Shown here: positions 8,777-18,517 of the stretch, piece by piece
Position numbering within the stretch: the first letter of the stretch is position 1
How the letters are laid out: each line of letters begins with the position of its first letter
Assembly: GCA_018303825.1 (NCBI GenBank)
Contig: JAGVXK010000021.1
Location: 7,752-71,751, forward strand
Direction of reading: 5' to 3'
Length of the DNA stretch: 64,000 nucleotides
From: Candidatus Pacearchaeota archaeon
GTDB taxonomy: Archaea > Nanobdellota > Nanobdellia > Pacearchaeales > GW2011-AR1
The notes under the pieces: generated by a model
What the model was told of the DNA's origin: nothing
What the model saw: the letters and a program-made list of their open reading frames with translations, nothing else
Database searches by the model: none
Made by a program: the position numbers and the translations under genes

Positions 8777-10966
8777 ATGGTAGAGAAAGAAGGAAGCTTA
8801 CACAAAATAGAAAGATTGACATTGGGAAGGGAAAATATAAGAAACGTAGCTACCAGCGCGCACATACACCATGGAAAAACTGCTTTCACAGATGTTCTTT
8901 TAGCTGCGGCAGGTATGATGGCTACTAAAAATGCCGGAGACTTGGATGAGGGAATGGCAACCTGGCAGCATTCGGACGAGCAGGAAAGATTAATGACGGT
9001 TGATGCAGCAAATGTAAGCATGGCTCATGAATATCTGGGAAAAGAATATTTAATTAATTTAATTGACACTCCTGGACACGTTGATTTTTCTGGAAATGTT
9101 ACAAGAGCTATGAGAGCTATTGACGGCACTTTTGTTTTAGTTTGTGCTGTAGAAGGAATAATGCCCCAGACTGAAACTGTACTGAAACAAGCATTAAGAG
9201 AAAGGGTAAAACCAGTTCTATTTATCAACAAAGTTGACAGACTAATCAAGGAATTGAAATTGACTCCTGAACAAATGCAAGAGAGATTTACAAAATTAAT
9301 TGCAGAGTTCAACAGGCATATCATGCAGATTGCCGAACCTGAATACAAAGAAAAATGGCAGGTTAATGTCAAGGACGGAAGTGTTGCCTTTGGTTCAGCT
9401 AGAGAAAACTGGGCATTGAACATTCCATTCATGCAAAAGAAAGGGATTTCATTTAAAGATATCTATAAAATATATGAAATGCCTGAAAATGAAAGAAAAA
9501 AATGGGTTTGGGAAAATGCGCCATTGCATGAAGTTGTTCTTGACATGGCCGTTAAGCATTTGCCTAATCCTATAACTGCGCAAAAATACAGAATTCCTAA
9601 GATATGGAGGGGGGACCCTGAGAGCAAATTCGGCCAAGACTTGGTAAATTGCAACAAAGATGGGGAAGTTGCGTTCGTCATTACAAGAATTGTCATCGAT
9701 CCAAGATCTGGAAAAGAAGTTTCTGCGGGAAGATTATATTCCGGGACAATAAAAAATGGAATGGAGGTTTATTCAAATCAATTAAAGAAGAAATACAGGG
9801 TGCAGCAAGTGCTGGTTTACAATGGAATTAAACCTGAGCAATTGGACAGTGTGCCATGCGGAAATGTTCTTGCAATTTCCGGATTAAATTGCAATGTCGG
9901 AGATACAATAACTGTAAATGAACAGACACAATTTGAGGAAATCAAGCACATTTTCCAGCCGGTTATTACAAAATCTATCGAAGTTGTTAAATCACAGGAT
10001 CTGCCAAAGTTAATTGAAGTATTAAGAAAAGTTGCAAAAGAAGACCCTTCAATTAAAGTCGAAATCAATGAAGAGACTGGAGAGAATCTTCTTTCAGGAA
10101 TGGGAGAATTGCATTTAGAAATTATAGAAGGAAGGATAAAAACAGAGAAAGGATTGCAGGTAAAAATGGGCAATCCGATAGTTGTTTATAGAGAATCTTT
10201 AACAAAAGATTCTGATGAAATAGAGGTAAGAACGCCTAATGGGCATAACATATTCTTCCTTTCCATAGAGCCTTTGGAAAATGAAGTTTATAATGCAATA
10301 GAAAGAGGGGAATTGCCAGAAGGAAGATTAAAGAAAAAGGCAGAGGATATATGGAAGAAATTGAATGCTCTTGGACTTCCAAATGAAGAAGCGAGGCAAT
10401 ATCAGGAAATATATAAGGGAAATGTATTTGAAGACAGGACCCGCGGACTGGTCTTGCTTCCAGAAGTAATTGAATCTATCATTGATGGATGGAGATTAGT
10501 CATTGACGGCGGACCATTGGCAAAAGAACCTATGATGAAGACAAAGTTTGTATTATTGGATGCTAAATTGCACGTTGACCACATGCACAGAGGTCCAGCA
10601 CAAATCTATCCTGCTATAAGAGAGGGAATGCATAGCGCATTAAAGAAAGGAGGAGCAGCCATATTGGAACCAATCCAGATGCATCTTGTGGAAGCTCCTG
10701 TTGACTTCATGGGAGTAGTGACTGGGCTTATTGGAAGCAAGAGGGGAGTTTTGATAGATGTCAGGCAGGAAGGGCACGACACATTTATCAAAGCAAAGAT
10801 TCCAGTAGCAGAAATGATTGGATGGAGCAACGATTTAAGATCCGCCACAGAAGGCAGGGGAGTTTCGAGCCTGATGGATCAGGAATTCCAGAAACTTCCG
10901 AATGAATTGCAACTTGAGGTGGTAAGAAAAATCAGGCAAAGAAAAGGACTTGCAGAACACCAATAA
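8777..10966 (+). CDS. fusA: Translation elongation factor 2 (aEF-2)
   Basis: GTPase motifs (AHIHHGKTAFTD, DTPGHVDF, NKVDR) and 729 aa. ggaggt lies 6 nt upstream of the ATG. Confidence 0.95.
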   Translation: MVEKEGSLHKIERLTLGRENIRNVATSAHIHHGKTAFTDVLLAAAGMMATKNAGDLDEGMATWQHSDEQERLMTVDAANVSMAHEYLGKEYLINLIDTPGHVDFSGNVTRAMRAIDGTFVLVCAVEGIMPQTETVLKQALRERVKPVLFINKVDRLIKELKLTPEQMQERFTKLIAEFNRHIMQIAEPEYKEKWQVNVKDGSVAFGSARENWALNIPFMQKKGISFKDIYKIYEMPENERKKWVWENAPLHEVVLDMAVKHLPNPITAQKYRIPKIWRGDPESKFGQDLVNCNKDGEVAFVITRIVIDPRSGKEVSAGRLYSGTIKNGMEVYSNQLKKKYRVQQVLVYNGIKPEQLDSVPCGNVLAISGLNCNVGDTITVNEQTQFEEIKHIFQPVITKSIEVVKSQDLPKLIEVLRKVAKEDPSIKVEINEETGENLLSGMGELHLEIIEGRIKTEKGLQVKMGNPIVVYRESLTKDSDEIEVRTPNGHNIFFLSIEPLENEVYNAIERGELPEGRLKKKAEDIWKKLNALGLPNEEARQYQEIYKGNVFEDRTRGLVLLPEVIESIIDGWRLVIDGGPLAKEPMMKTKFVLLDAKLHVDHMHRGPAQIYPAIREGMHSALKKGGAAILEPIQMHLVEAPVDFMGVVTGLIGSKRGVLIDVRQEGHDTFIKAKIPVAEMIGWSNDLRSATEGRGVSSLMDQEFQKLPNELQLEVVRKIRQRKGLAEHQ

Positions 10967-10987
10967 TTTTATATTTTATTTATTCTT
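10966..10987 (+). terminator. T-rich post-stop motif ATTTTATATTTTATTTATTCTT (copy 1)
   Basis: Starts at the last base of the EF-2 stop codon. An identical 22-mer follows the PEP carboxylase stop. Archaeal terminators are oligo-T tracts. Confidence 0.4.
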
Positions 10988-11131
10988 CCTAATACCAAGG
11001 GTCTAGCCTTGGGGATTATGCTCGATGAAGATAAGTTGCTGATGAAATAACAAAGTTTTTTGCTTTCCAATGCCCTGAGGTTCTGCCTTAGAGTTTTTTA
11101 TAATAATGATATTTATAAATGAGCATTATTA

Positions 11132-12604
11132 GTGAATATTATGCCAGAAGTTCTTAAAATCCCCAGATGCATGAGCACACAGCATCCTGATAATGTTACA
11201 ATCCCTTTTTTTGCTGAAAACACTGAACTTGGGGGAGAGGACGAAATACAGGAAGCGTATTACGCTTTCTCCATTCTAGGATGCGATGAGCAGATGTGGG
11301 ACTGCGAAGGAAAAGAAATAGATAATTTCGTAGTTAAAAAATTATTAACAAAATATGAACCATTTTTTAGGGAAAGAATTCTTGGAAAAGATGTTTTTTT
11401 AACATTAAGAGTTCCAAATCCAACTATTGAAAAGTCAGAGGCAAAGATACTTCTTGAAACATTGGAAAGCATCCCAAGGTCATTCGACGCAGCAAAATTA
11501 TTCTATAGAAAAGATATAGCCCCCATATTTGAAGTCATATTGCCTATGACTGCCTCATCAAAATGCATTAACAGGGTGTATGGCTATTATTCAGATTTTG
11601 TTGTCGGAAAACAAAATGCTCTCTTTAAGGATGGGGTCACAATAGCTGACTGGATAGGTGAGTTTAAGCCTGAAAAAATCAATGTCATACCCCTATTTGA
11701 AGATATGCCCCATATGCTCAATGCAGATAAAATTGTAAGAGAATATCTGAAAGATAAAAATTTGAAATATCAAAGAGTTTTTCTGGCTAGATCGGATCCA
11801 GCGATGAATTACGGATTGATTAGCGCCGTGCTACTGAATAAAATAGCATTACATAGATTGCATGACGCGGAAAATGATATAGGAATCAGGATTTTTCCCA
11901 TAATCGGTGTTGGCTCCGCTCCATTTAGGGGAAATCTTAATCCGAAAAATATAGAAAATGTTCTGGGAGAATATCCATACACCCACACATTTACCATTCA
12001 GTCTGCATTCAAATACGATTACTCTCCAAACGACGTCAGAAAAGCTATGGAAAATATTCAATTGGCACAAATAATTGAACAAGAGGGAATAGATGAAGAA
12101 AAATCACTTGATATCATAGAAAGATATTCACAAGAATATCAGAAACAGGTAATTTATTTAGCAGATATTATAAATAAAGTTGCCAGATATGTTCCAAGCA
12201 GAAGAAAAAGAAAGCTGCACATTGGATTGTTTGGCTATTCAAGAGAAGTGGAAAAAGTGAAGCTACCCAGGGCGATAACATTTACAGCAGCGCTTTATTC
12301 CCTTGGTTTGCCTCCGGAACTGATTGGATTAAATGCCTTATCTGGCTCTGATTTTGACTTTTTAAGAAAAAATTACAACAGTTTTGATTCTGACATTAGA
12401 GATGCATTATCCTATTACAATCCAAATTCATTGAAATTTCTGGGTCTTTCAGAAGACATGATAAAAATTCCAGTCAAATGCGAAACCAATCAAAGCCATA
12501 AAGAATTGACAGATATTATTATCGATTCTTTGGAGAAAAATAATGTTGAAATACTCGACGAGAATATACTAAGAGCGGCTCATATAAGAAAATTCCTCGG
12601 ATAA
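11132..12604 (+). CDS. ppcA: Archaeal-type phosphoenolpyruvate carboxylase
   Basis: The N-terminal signature IPRCMSTQHPDN and a ~490-aa length are typical of the archaeal PEPC family. The ATG at 11141 may be the true start. Confidence 0.85.
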   Translation: MNIMPEVLKIPRCMSTQHPDNVTIPFFAENTELGGEDEIQEAYYAFSILGCDEQMWDCEGKEIDNFVVKKLLTKYEPFFRERILGKDVFLTLRVPNPTIEKSEAKILLETLESIPRSFDAAKLFYRKDIAPIFEVILPMTASSKCINRVYGYYSDFVVGKQNALFKDGVTIADWIGEFKPEKINVIPLFEDMPHMLNADKIVREYLKDKNLKYQRVFLARSDPAMNYGLISAVLLNKIALHRLHDAENDIGIRIFPIIGVGSAPFRGNLNPKNIENVLGEYPYTHTFTIQSAFKYDYSPNDVRKAMENIQLAQIIEQEGIDEEKSLDIIERYSQEYQKQVIYLADIINKVARYVPSRRKRKLHIGLFGYSREVEKVKLPRAITFTAALYSLGLPPELIGLNALSGSDFDFLRKNYNSFDSDIRDALSYYNPNSLKFLGLSEDMIKIPVKCETNQSHKELTDIIIDSLEKNNVEILDENILRAAHIRKFLG

Positions 12605-12614
12605 GAACAACTAG

Positions 12615-12636
12615 ATTTTATATTTTATTTATTCTT
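12615..12636 (+). terminator. T-rich post-stop motif ATTTTATATTTTATTTATTCTT (copy 2)
   Basis: Exact repeat of 10966-10987, located 11 nt after the PEP carboxylase stop. Confidence 0.4.
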
Positions 12637-12796
12637 TTTCATTCTTTTTGAATAAAATTGCCCCATTTTAACACCGATAAAAAATATGAAAATTCCCAGG
12701 ACCATAAGGAATAAACCACTATAAAGATTGGTCATGTCATGCATTAATAAGCTTGCCAAAGAAGGGTTAAAAATGTTATGTAATTGATTTAACTAA

Positions 12797-13069
12797 TCAT
12801 ACGGACTTCTCTTCCCAATTCAAGCCCGCACAATACGCAATTGTACATTTCACCAGCGCTGCCACATAAGGGTCCAATGTCATCATAATTGGACTTTGAT
12901 ACCCTCTCAAGAACAAACCCACAATTAGTACAATATAAGCATCGGTGACCCTATTACCAATAACCACAAAGTAGGTAGATAAGCTTCTACCCTCCTCACC
13001 TGTCGATTCAGATATATCTCCAAGTTTTCTTATCTTAGCTTTGGGGTTTTGCTCTTCGAATTCTTTCAT
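12797..13069 (-). CDS. Hypothetical protein (90 aa), possibly a remnant
   Basis: The ORF is open upstream of its Met without an ATG (..GIYARRLAEIKRVAREKKVAFAS-M..). No family recognised. Confidence 0.3.
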   Translation of the reverse strand: MKEFEEQNPKAKIRKLGDISESTGEEGRSLSTYFVVIGNRVTDAYIVLIVGLFLRGYQSPIMMTLDPYVAALVKCTIAYCAGLNWEEKSV

Positions 13070-13235
13070 AGAAGCAAATGCAACCTTTTTTTCCCTTGCT
13101 ACTCTTTTTATCTCTGCTAATCTTCTTGCATAAATACCTGCTTTTCAGTAGCAAGTTGTCTTAAAAGTGGGCAGTCGATTACCCTATCCATCTTTCGGGG
13201 CAGAGTTCTCTATTTAAATAGATTATGTCAGTAGA

Positions 13236-14453
13236 TTATACAATTTCTCCATAGCCAATTAATCTCCAATGGCCGTTCATGTTCCTTGCTATCCCTAAAC
13301 TATCTCCTTTAAATGGAATGACTGGAATTTTCAATGAAAATTCAATCGTATCATTCTTTATGTGCTTTACAACTCCTGAAGACATCGTCGTATTTATTGA
13401 AAGCATCAAGAGTTCAGAAGCTTTTACAGGTTCTACTTTTATATGAGCTCCAAGACCATAAACTTCAGGGAAGAGTTTATATTTTACATTTAAACTAAGA
13501 GCAATATCTGGAAGTTTCCCAACAGTGGAGGTCACGCATCCTGCAAGAGAATCAGATTTTCCTATACTCATATCAAGCTCCGTTTCAATGCTCATGCTCC
13601 CTCCAGGAGTTAGCTCATTCATTTCCCTTGTCCCATTCAGCAACCTTACTATTTTTGTCCTCAAATTTTTGTATTTGTATTGATTTGCCTCTTTGACCAA
13701 AAGTCCTGGTTTTATTTCTATTTCATCTCCAACTTTTAGTTTTCCCTGTTTTAATGTCCCTCCAAGAACTGTTCCATGTAATTTTTCTGGTGAGGTTCCT
13801 GGACGATTAATATCAAAACTTCTGGCAACCAAGAATATCGGATTTCCGGAAAGATTTCTGTCAGGAACTTTTATTTCGGCGATTGCCTTGTATATTTTAT
13901 CCAGATTAATTCTTTGCTGTGCGCTAACAGGAATTATCGGTGCGTTGTCAAATCTTCCCTTCAAAAGGGATTTTATTTCTTGGAAGTTTTTCTTTGCCTG
14001 GGCAATGTCAACAAGGTCTATTTTGTTTTGGACAACTATTAAATTTTTGATATCCTTTGCCTGCAAGGCCATAAGATGCTCTATTGTCTGGGGTTTTATC
14101 CCCTCGTTTGCCGCAACAACTAAAATTGCGACATCAATTATGGCAGCGCCAGAAAGCATGGTAGCCATCAACATTTCATGTCCGGGAGCATCAACAAAAG
14201 AAACATGCCTTATTGGGGTTCCTTTCTCTTTATTGTAATTTTCTCCGTCTTTGTAAAGAATAATGTCTGCATAACCCAGCTTTATTGTAATCCCCCTCTT
14301 CAGTTCTTCGCTATGAAGAGAGGCCCATTTTCCGGAAAGCCTTTCAAGAAGAGTTGTTTTCCCGTGGTCTATATGACCAACTATTCCAATGTTTACCGTC
14401 GGTATCTCTTCAATCTTGCCGGTTTGTTTTTCACTTATTGCTTTCTTTGCCAT
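13236..14453 (-). CDS. eif2g: Translation initiation factor 2 subunit gamma (aIF2-gamma)
   Basis: GHIDHGKTTL, DAPGHE and NKIDL GTPase motifs, followed by beta-barrel domains. 405 aa. Confidence 0.93.
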   Translation of the reverse strand: MAKKAISEKQTGKIEEIPTVNIGIVGHIDHGKTTLLERLSGKWASLHSEELKRGITIKLGYADIILYKDGENYNKEKGTPIRHVSFVDAPGHEMLMATMLSGAAIIDVAILVVAANEGIKPQTIEHLMALQAKDIKNLIVVQNKIDLVDIAQAKKNFQEIKSLLKGRFDNAPIIPVSAQQRINLDKIYKAIAEIKVPDRNLSGNPIFLVARSFDINRPGTSPEKLHGTVLGGTLKQGKLKVGDEIEIKPGLLVKEANQYKYKNLRTKIVRLLNGTREMNELTPGGSMSIETELDMSIGKSDSLAGCVTSTVGKLPDIALSLNVKYKLFPEVYGLGAHIKVEPVKASELLMLSINTTMSSGVVKHIKNDTIEFSLKIPVIPFKGDSLGIARNMNGHWRLIGYGEIV

Positions 14454-14487
14454 ATCATTATGTTATCCATTCAAAAGTCTAGAAAAG

Positions 14488-15006
14488 CTATTTTAAAAGC
14501 CTATTGTTTTTTATTAACTTAAGATTTAAGATGTTGTTAAAATATGCCAGATTGTTGGCAACAAGTCTTATAGATTCTGCTCCAAAGTCAAAATACATTG
14601 ATGCACTGCCTTGGTCCATGCCTCTTCTCATTAGCTGTCCGGAAACAAATGGTTTTGCCAAAGCTAAAATAGCACCTAGTCCAATAACAGTTCCAAGCTT
14701 TGCCTGGTCTTTAAAAAATCTGGAAGCATCAAATCCCTTGTACCTGGTATAACAATCGTAAATATAAACTGGGGCAAAAATTAATCCTCCCCCTATATAA
14801 TTTCCCACCAACTGACAAGTTCCAATCAATTCAGGATTAGCTGCCTCATCAGCATTAGCAAGATATTTCAGGGCCATTTTTCCAGCTAAAACTCCGCCAT
14901 ATATGGAAGCTGCAAAAGCCGGAACTCCTGCTAAGGGAACTCTGAAATCTTTTAATTTTATTGCTTTTAATTTATCCTCTATGTTTATTTTATCAACTAG
15001 ACTCAT
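14488..15006 (-). CDS. Hypothetical membrane protein
   Basis: 172 aa with several Gly/Ala-rich hydrophobic segments. No family recognised. Confidence 0.5.
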   Translation of the reverse strand: MSLVDKINIEDKLKAIKLKDFRVPLAGVPAFAASIYGGVLAGKMALKYLANADEAANPELIGTCQLVGNYIGGGLIFAPVYIYDCYTRYKGFDASRFFKDQAKLGTVIGLGAILALAKPFVSGQLMRRGMDQGSASMYFDFGAESIRLVANNLAYFNNILNLKLIKNNRLLK

Positions 15007-15028
15007 ATTAGAAATAGCTCCTGTTTAA

Positions 15029-15454
15029 TCAAGCAGCTAGAGCGGGCTGTACTACAGCATTAGTTTTCTTCTCTTTTGGTTTGTTTTGTTCTGGAAATAT
15101 TTCAATTAGGGGTTTGCTTCCTTGCTTTATAACTTTTAAATTAATCAAAGAAGTCGCTGTCGAAATAGTTTTTCCCCTTACTGTTTTCTTCCTTCTGACT
15201 CCTTCTGTGTTATCTTTCATTCCCCATCCTTTTTTTAACATTACTTTTCTTAAGTTTAATCCTGGGAGTTCATTATATAATGGAAATCCGGCGCTATCAC
15301 TTCCGCCAGTTATCTCTAATTCGTATCCTTCCAATTCGGGCTTTATTTCCTTTCCTTGGATTTTATCTCCGAGATTCTTTCCAACAAAGAATTCTGATTC
15401 AGTCTCCAGTTTCCATGCCTTTCCCTTATCACTTATATTTAATTTGAATACCAT
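15029..15454 (-). CDS. rps6e: 30S ribosomal protein S6e
   Basis: MVFKLNISDKGKAWKLE..GYELEITGGSDSAGFPL..GVRRKKTVRG matches the S6e pattern. Confidence 0.9.
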   Translation of the reverse strand: MVFKLNISDKGKAWKLETESEFFVGKNLGDKIQGKEIKPELEGYELEITGGSDSAGFPLYNELPGLNLRKVMLKKGWGMKDNTEGVRRKKTVRGKTISTATSLINLKVIKQGSKPLIEIFPEQNKPKEKKTNAVVQPALAA

Positions 15455-15619
15455 TTCTTTGAGAGAAAAAATAGGTTTTTAAGTGTTGTGCTTCCTGCTC
15501 CCTAGGATTTAGAAAGTCCCTGTAAGATTTATTATTTAGGTTAGGCGGTATCAAATCTCATGAACCTACACAAATCAATCTTTAATTAGGTTTAAATACC
15601 TTAAAAAATTTTAATAAAT

Positions 15620-16339
15620 ATGAACGAGAATCCTGATGTAAAACAGGCAAATAAAACTCTATACATTGCTTTGGCAGTAATAGTCATATTAATCATTGGT
15701 TTGTTCACAAATGGCTTTGGACTATTTGGCAAAAGTTCTAACAGTGTAACAGTTATTCCTAATCCTCAATTAGAAATAGGAAATTCTCCCGTTCTTGGAA
15801 ACCCTGATGCAAAAGTAACAATTTATGAATTCTCAGATTTTTCTTGCCCATTTTGTGCAGCAGCAGATGGAGAGAATCAACAGTATATGAACTCATTAAA
15901 ATCGCAGGTTAAAGGATGGGAGCCACCAGTTCCGAATATAATAGAAGAATATGCAAAAACAGGAAAAGCAAAGATTGTCTTTAAATACCTTAAAACACAC
16001 GGCACAGGACAAGCAGCTCACGTTGTTGCCAGTGGATTAAAAAAACAAAGTGATACATTATTCTGGCAATTCCATGAACTTGCATTCGCAAACCAGGCTG
16101 ATACGGGAGATATAATAAAAATGAAAGCTCTTGCACAGCAGTTGGGGGCAAACATAACACAATTGGATGAATATATTGCATCTGGAGCTTTCAATTCTGA
16201 ATTCGAAAATGATAAAAATATGGCAATCGCAAATGGAGTCCAGGGAACTCCTTCGTTTATAATAGGAAATATCTTAGTTGATAAACCTATAGCTTATTCA
16301 GAATTCAAGAAGATAATTGATGACCAATTAACAAAATAA
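15620..16339 (+). CDS. DsbA-family thiol:disulfide oxidoreductase with N-terminal membrane anchor
   Basis: A TM segment is followed by VTIYEFSDFSCPFCAAA (CPFC active site) and a GTPSFIIG motif. Confidence 0.8.
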   Translation: MNENPDVKQANKTLYIALAVIVILIIGLFTNGFGLFGKSSNSVTVIPNPQLEIGNSPVLGNPDAKVTIYEFSDFSCPFCAAADGENQQYMNSLKSQVKGWEPPVPNIIEEYAKTGKAKIVFKYLKTHGTGQAAHVVASGLKKQSDTLFWQFHELAFANQADTGDIIKMKALAQQLGANITQLDEYIASGAFNSEFENDKNMAIANGVQGTPSFIIGNILVDKPIAYSEFKKIIDDQLTK

Positions 16340-16343
16340 AAAA

Positions 16344-16634
16344 CTAATGTTGCTCTAACTCTTCTTCTTGCATATACTGGCGAGCCTGATGTTTAAGGGC
16401 TTGATAGACAAGAATCATATCTGAAAATGTTCCAGCCCTTTGTTCCGGAGGATGTGATTCAGCAAGTGAAGCAATACAATCAGCCATTTTACGATTCTCA
16501 CGAACAATTTCTTCCATTCATGCACGAGATTGAGATAAATCAGTTGAAAGCATATGTCTGCCCATTAAGCTAATTGTTTGTCCAGTAATCACTGGCAGGC
16601 CATCTTCTGTGTACTTTTGATTATTTCTTTCCAT
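16344..16634 (-). pseudogene. Two abutting small ORFs (38 aa + 57 aa) separated only by TGA-ATG; possible disrupted gene
   Basis: Minus strand: MERNNQKYTEDGLPVITGQTISLMGRHMLSTDLSQSRA, then TGA (16518-16520), then MEEIVRENRKMADCIASLAESHPPEQRAGTFSDMILVYQALKHQARQYMQEEELEQH. A further start-less fragment lies at ~16735-16890. Confidence 0.3.
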
Positions 16635-16975
16635 TCTTCTTTCAAAAATACCGCATTTATAAATCTTCCCATTTATAACCACTATTAAGTTACATTAAAA
16701 TTTAAGTCCGGCATGATAATAAATTCTTAAAAGAAACGTGATTCTTGTCTTTTAAAGAACCTTTTTTCAAGTTTTCCACATATATCTGAAAATGTTCCTT
16801 CTGTCGGACCTTCTACAATAATCCCCACTGGGGCGCCATCCCTCCAATCGCCACTTGCATCATATTTGATTACTACATCCTCAAATAGATAAATATTGTG
16901 CTATATTATATTTCAGGATACAACACATGATTGCTGAATAGCAAAGTTTAAATAATCTGTTGTTACTTTAAAATT

Positions 16976-17569
16976 ATGAAAAAATCCCTTATTTTAATGG
17001 GCCTGGCACTATCATTTCTAATCCTAGCGGTCACTATGACATCAGCTTATACTAACTATCCAACTTACTACTCAAATAATTACAATAACTACTATTCGAA
17101 CACATATCCTACTTACTCGCAATCTGCAAGTGCCAATTCGGGCTCAAACTCCCAATACTTTAATTTTGGCCCTATAACAAGCAGGAATACGTATTATGAT
17201 TCAAAGTTTGCAAGCTCAAACTTTGACTCAACAGACTATGCCCTAGCCTATCAAGGTCCAATGGCATCAAGAGCAATAACTTATGATTCTTATTTAAAGA
17301 TAAAACCTTCTGGAAAAGTAATACAGACTGTATCTTATGCTGATAAATCAAACTTTGTTGGGGAAATAGCTTTAGAAACAGCTAACTCGCGAAATAGAAG
17401 AACCTCAGCTTCAGAAACGATAAAAACATCAACTGATAATTCCTGGAAGGGCTACACTTGGAGCAACAAAGAAGCATTTGACAACAGCAAATATTCGCAG
17501 AATTCTGGCTGGGATAATTACTATTATCGACCTGTTTTCTCAAACGGTTATTACAACTGGGACTGGTAA
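16976..17569 (+). CDS. Secreted Tyr/Asn/Ser-rich low-complexity protein
   Basis: A signal-peptide-like N-terminus (MKKSLILMGLALSFLILAVTMTSA) is followed by YTNYPTYYSNNYNNYYSNTYPTY.. repeats. Confidence 0.55.
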   Translation: MKKSLILMGLALSFLILAVTMTSAYTNYPTYYSNNYNNYYSNTYPTYSQSASANSGSNSQYFNFGPITSRNTYYDSKFASSNFDSTDYALAYQGPMASRAITYDSYLKIKPSGKVIQTVSYADKSNFVGEIALETANSRNRRTSASETIKTSTDNSWKGYTWSNKEAFDNSKYSQNSGWDNYYYRPVFSNGYYNWDW

Positions 17570-17620
17570 AAAATAGTTGGCACGTTAAGAAAGCCCCTCG
17601 TGTCTTGAATATTTGTTCGT

Positions 17621-17694
17621 GAATCTCTCTTCGAGTGGAATTGACGGCTATTTTAAGTTTGGATTTATGATTTGCGGTGGTGGGAAGGTGCGCT
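17621..17694 (-). repeat. Island repeat, inverted partial copy (arm A)
   Basis: Perfect reverse complements of blocks in copy B: 17681-17694 vs 18145-18158 (14 bp), 17661-17675 vs 18218-18232 (15 bp), 17639-17647 vs 18244-18252 (9 bp). Confidence 0.75.
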
Positions 17695-17701
17695 TTGTGC
17701 A

Positions 17702-18091
17702 TCAAATAGCTACTAATATACTCTCTTTTGCTCTGCTAGTCTCATCTGCAAATGGAACACCTCTCTTGTCATTATACCATCCATATGTTTCTACTTTAGC
17801 TCTTTGTTCTGCAAGTTTCTTTGCAATATCATGTGTTCTTTGCTCCACATTTTCACATTCATCGACTATTCCAATAACGCCATGCACATGTTCAATTCTA
17901 ACTTGCGCTCTATTTTCAAGTAACAAAATAACATATTTGCCATCAATTGGTTTTTCTGGAGTAGCAACTACTATCGTATTCCATACGTCATCTCTTAAAG
18001 GGTTAAAAAATTTAAAAGCAGATATATATTTATAGCCATCATTCCGTTCTGGTTTCCTTTCCTGCAAAACAATCCTTGGTCCGCTACCCAT
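17702..18091 (-). CDS. Hypothetical protein (129 aa) bracketed by inverted repeat arms
   Basis: Balanced, charged composition. The overlapping + strand ORF 17613..18035 is Ser/Cys/Leu-rich and starts inside the repeat. Confidence 0.55.
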   Translation of the reverse strand: MGSGPRIVLQERKPERNDGYKYISAFKFFNPLRDDVWNTIVVATPEKPIDGKYVILLLENRAQVRIEHVHGVIGIVDECENVEQRTHDIAKKLAEQRAKVETYGWYNDKRGVPFADETSRAKESILVAI

Positions 18092-18144
18092 CTTTAAACA
18101 ATATTCATCGCCCTTTTAATTATTTCTATATTGTAAAATATGTT

Positions 18145-18423
18145 AGCGCACCTTCCCATTTCTTATTCATCAATTATTTCGCGAAGCGACTATTTAGGGG
18201 CGGGTGGTCGGGGGAATGCAAATCATAAATCCGTTTAATATTTCCGTCAATTACGTTTAAGCGAGATTAAACTGTCTGCTTTCTGATTTGGGAAAGGGCT
18301 TAAGCGTAACGAGAAGAGAGATTGAGAATTATTTTCATTCTGAAAATAACTTCCTATTTAATTTATAATATTAAGAAGCAAATTTCAAGTTCATTTAATC
18401 GTTCAGGCTAAAAGAACTTTCAA
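18145..18423 (+). repeat. Island repeat copy 1, 5' half (B); candidate structured RNA or MITE-like element
   Basis: Hairpin tcgc-gaa-gcga at 18179-18189. G-rich block at 18197-18214. Hairpin cgtttaagc/gcttaagcg at 18254-18262/18298-18306. 28-nt block at 18396-18423 identical to 22758-22785. Confidence 0.7.
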
Positions 18424-18485
18424 CCAAAAGAAGACAAATCCGAAAAATATATATACCATGATTTATCACTATATTCAATTAACTC

Positions 18486-18509
18486 CATGAGATCTGTAAG
18501 GATCTCATG
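18486..18509 (+). promoter_or_regulatory. Perfect 9-bp inverted repeat catgagatc-tgtaag-gatctcatg just upstream of the NYN gene start
   Basis: 18486-18494 pairs with 18501-18509. It ends 9 nt before the ATG at 18518. Confidence 0.35.
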
Positions 18510-18517
18510 TTTTTTAT

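Noticed and set aside
16518-16520. In-frame TGA between two abutting small ORFs read as stop-codon reassignment or selenocysteine.
   Set aside because: TGA clearly terminates well-conserved genes in this window (for example rpoB at 2172-2174 and rpoA at 5796-5798). No SECIS-like context was evident. A pseudogene or two separate mini-ORFs is the simpler reading.
17613-18035. 140-aa + strand ORF overlapping the 129-aa minus-strand ORF.
   Set aside because: It starts at a non-ATG codon inside repeat arm A and is Ser/Cys/Leu-rich. The minus-strand frame has normal charged composition. Neither has a recognised family, so this choice is provisional.
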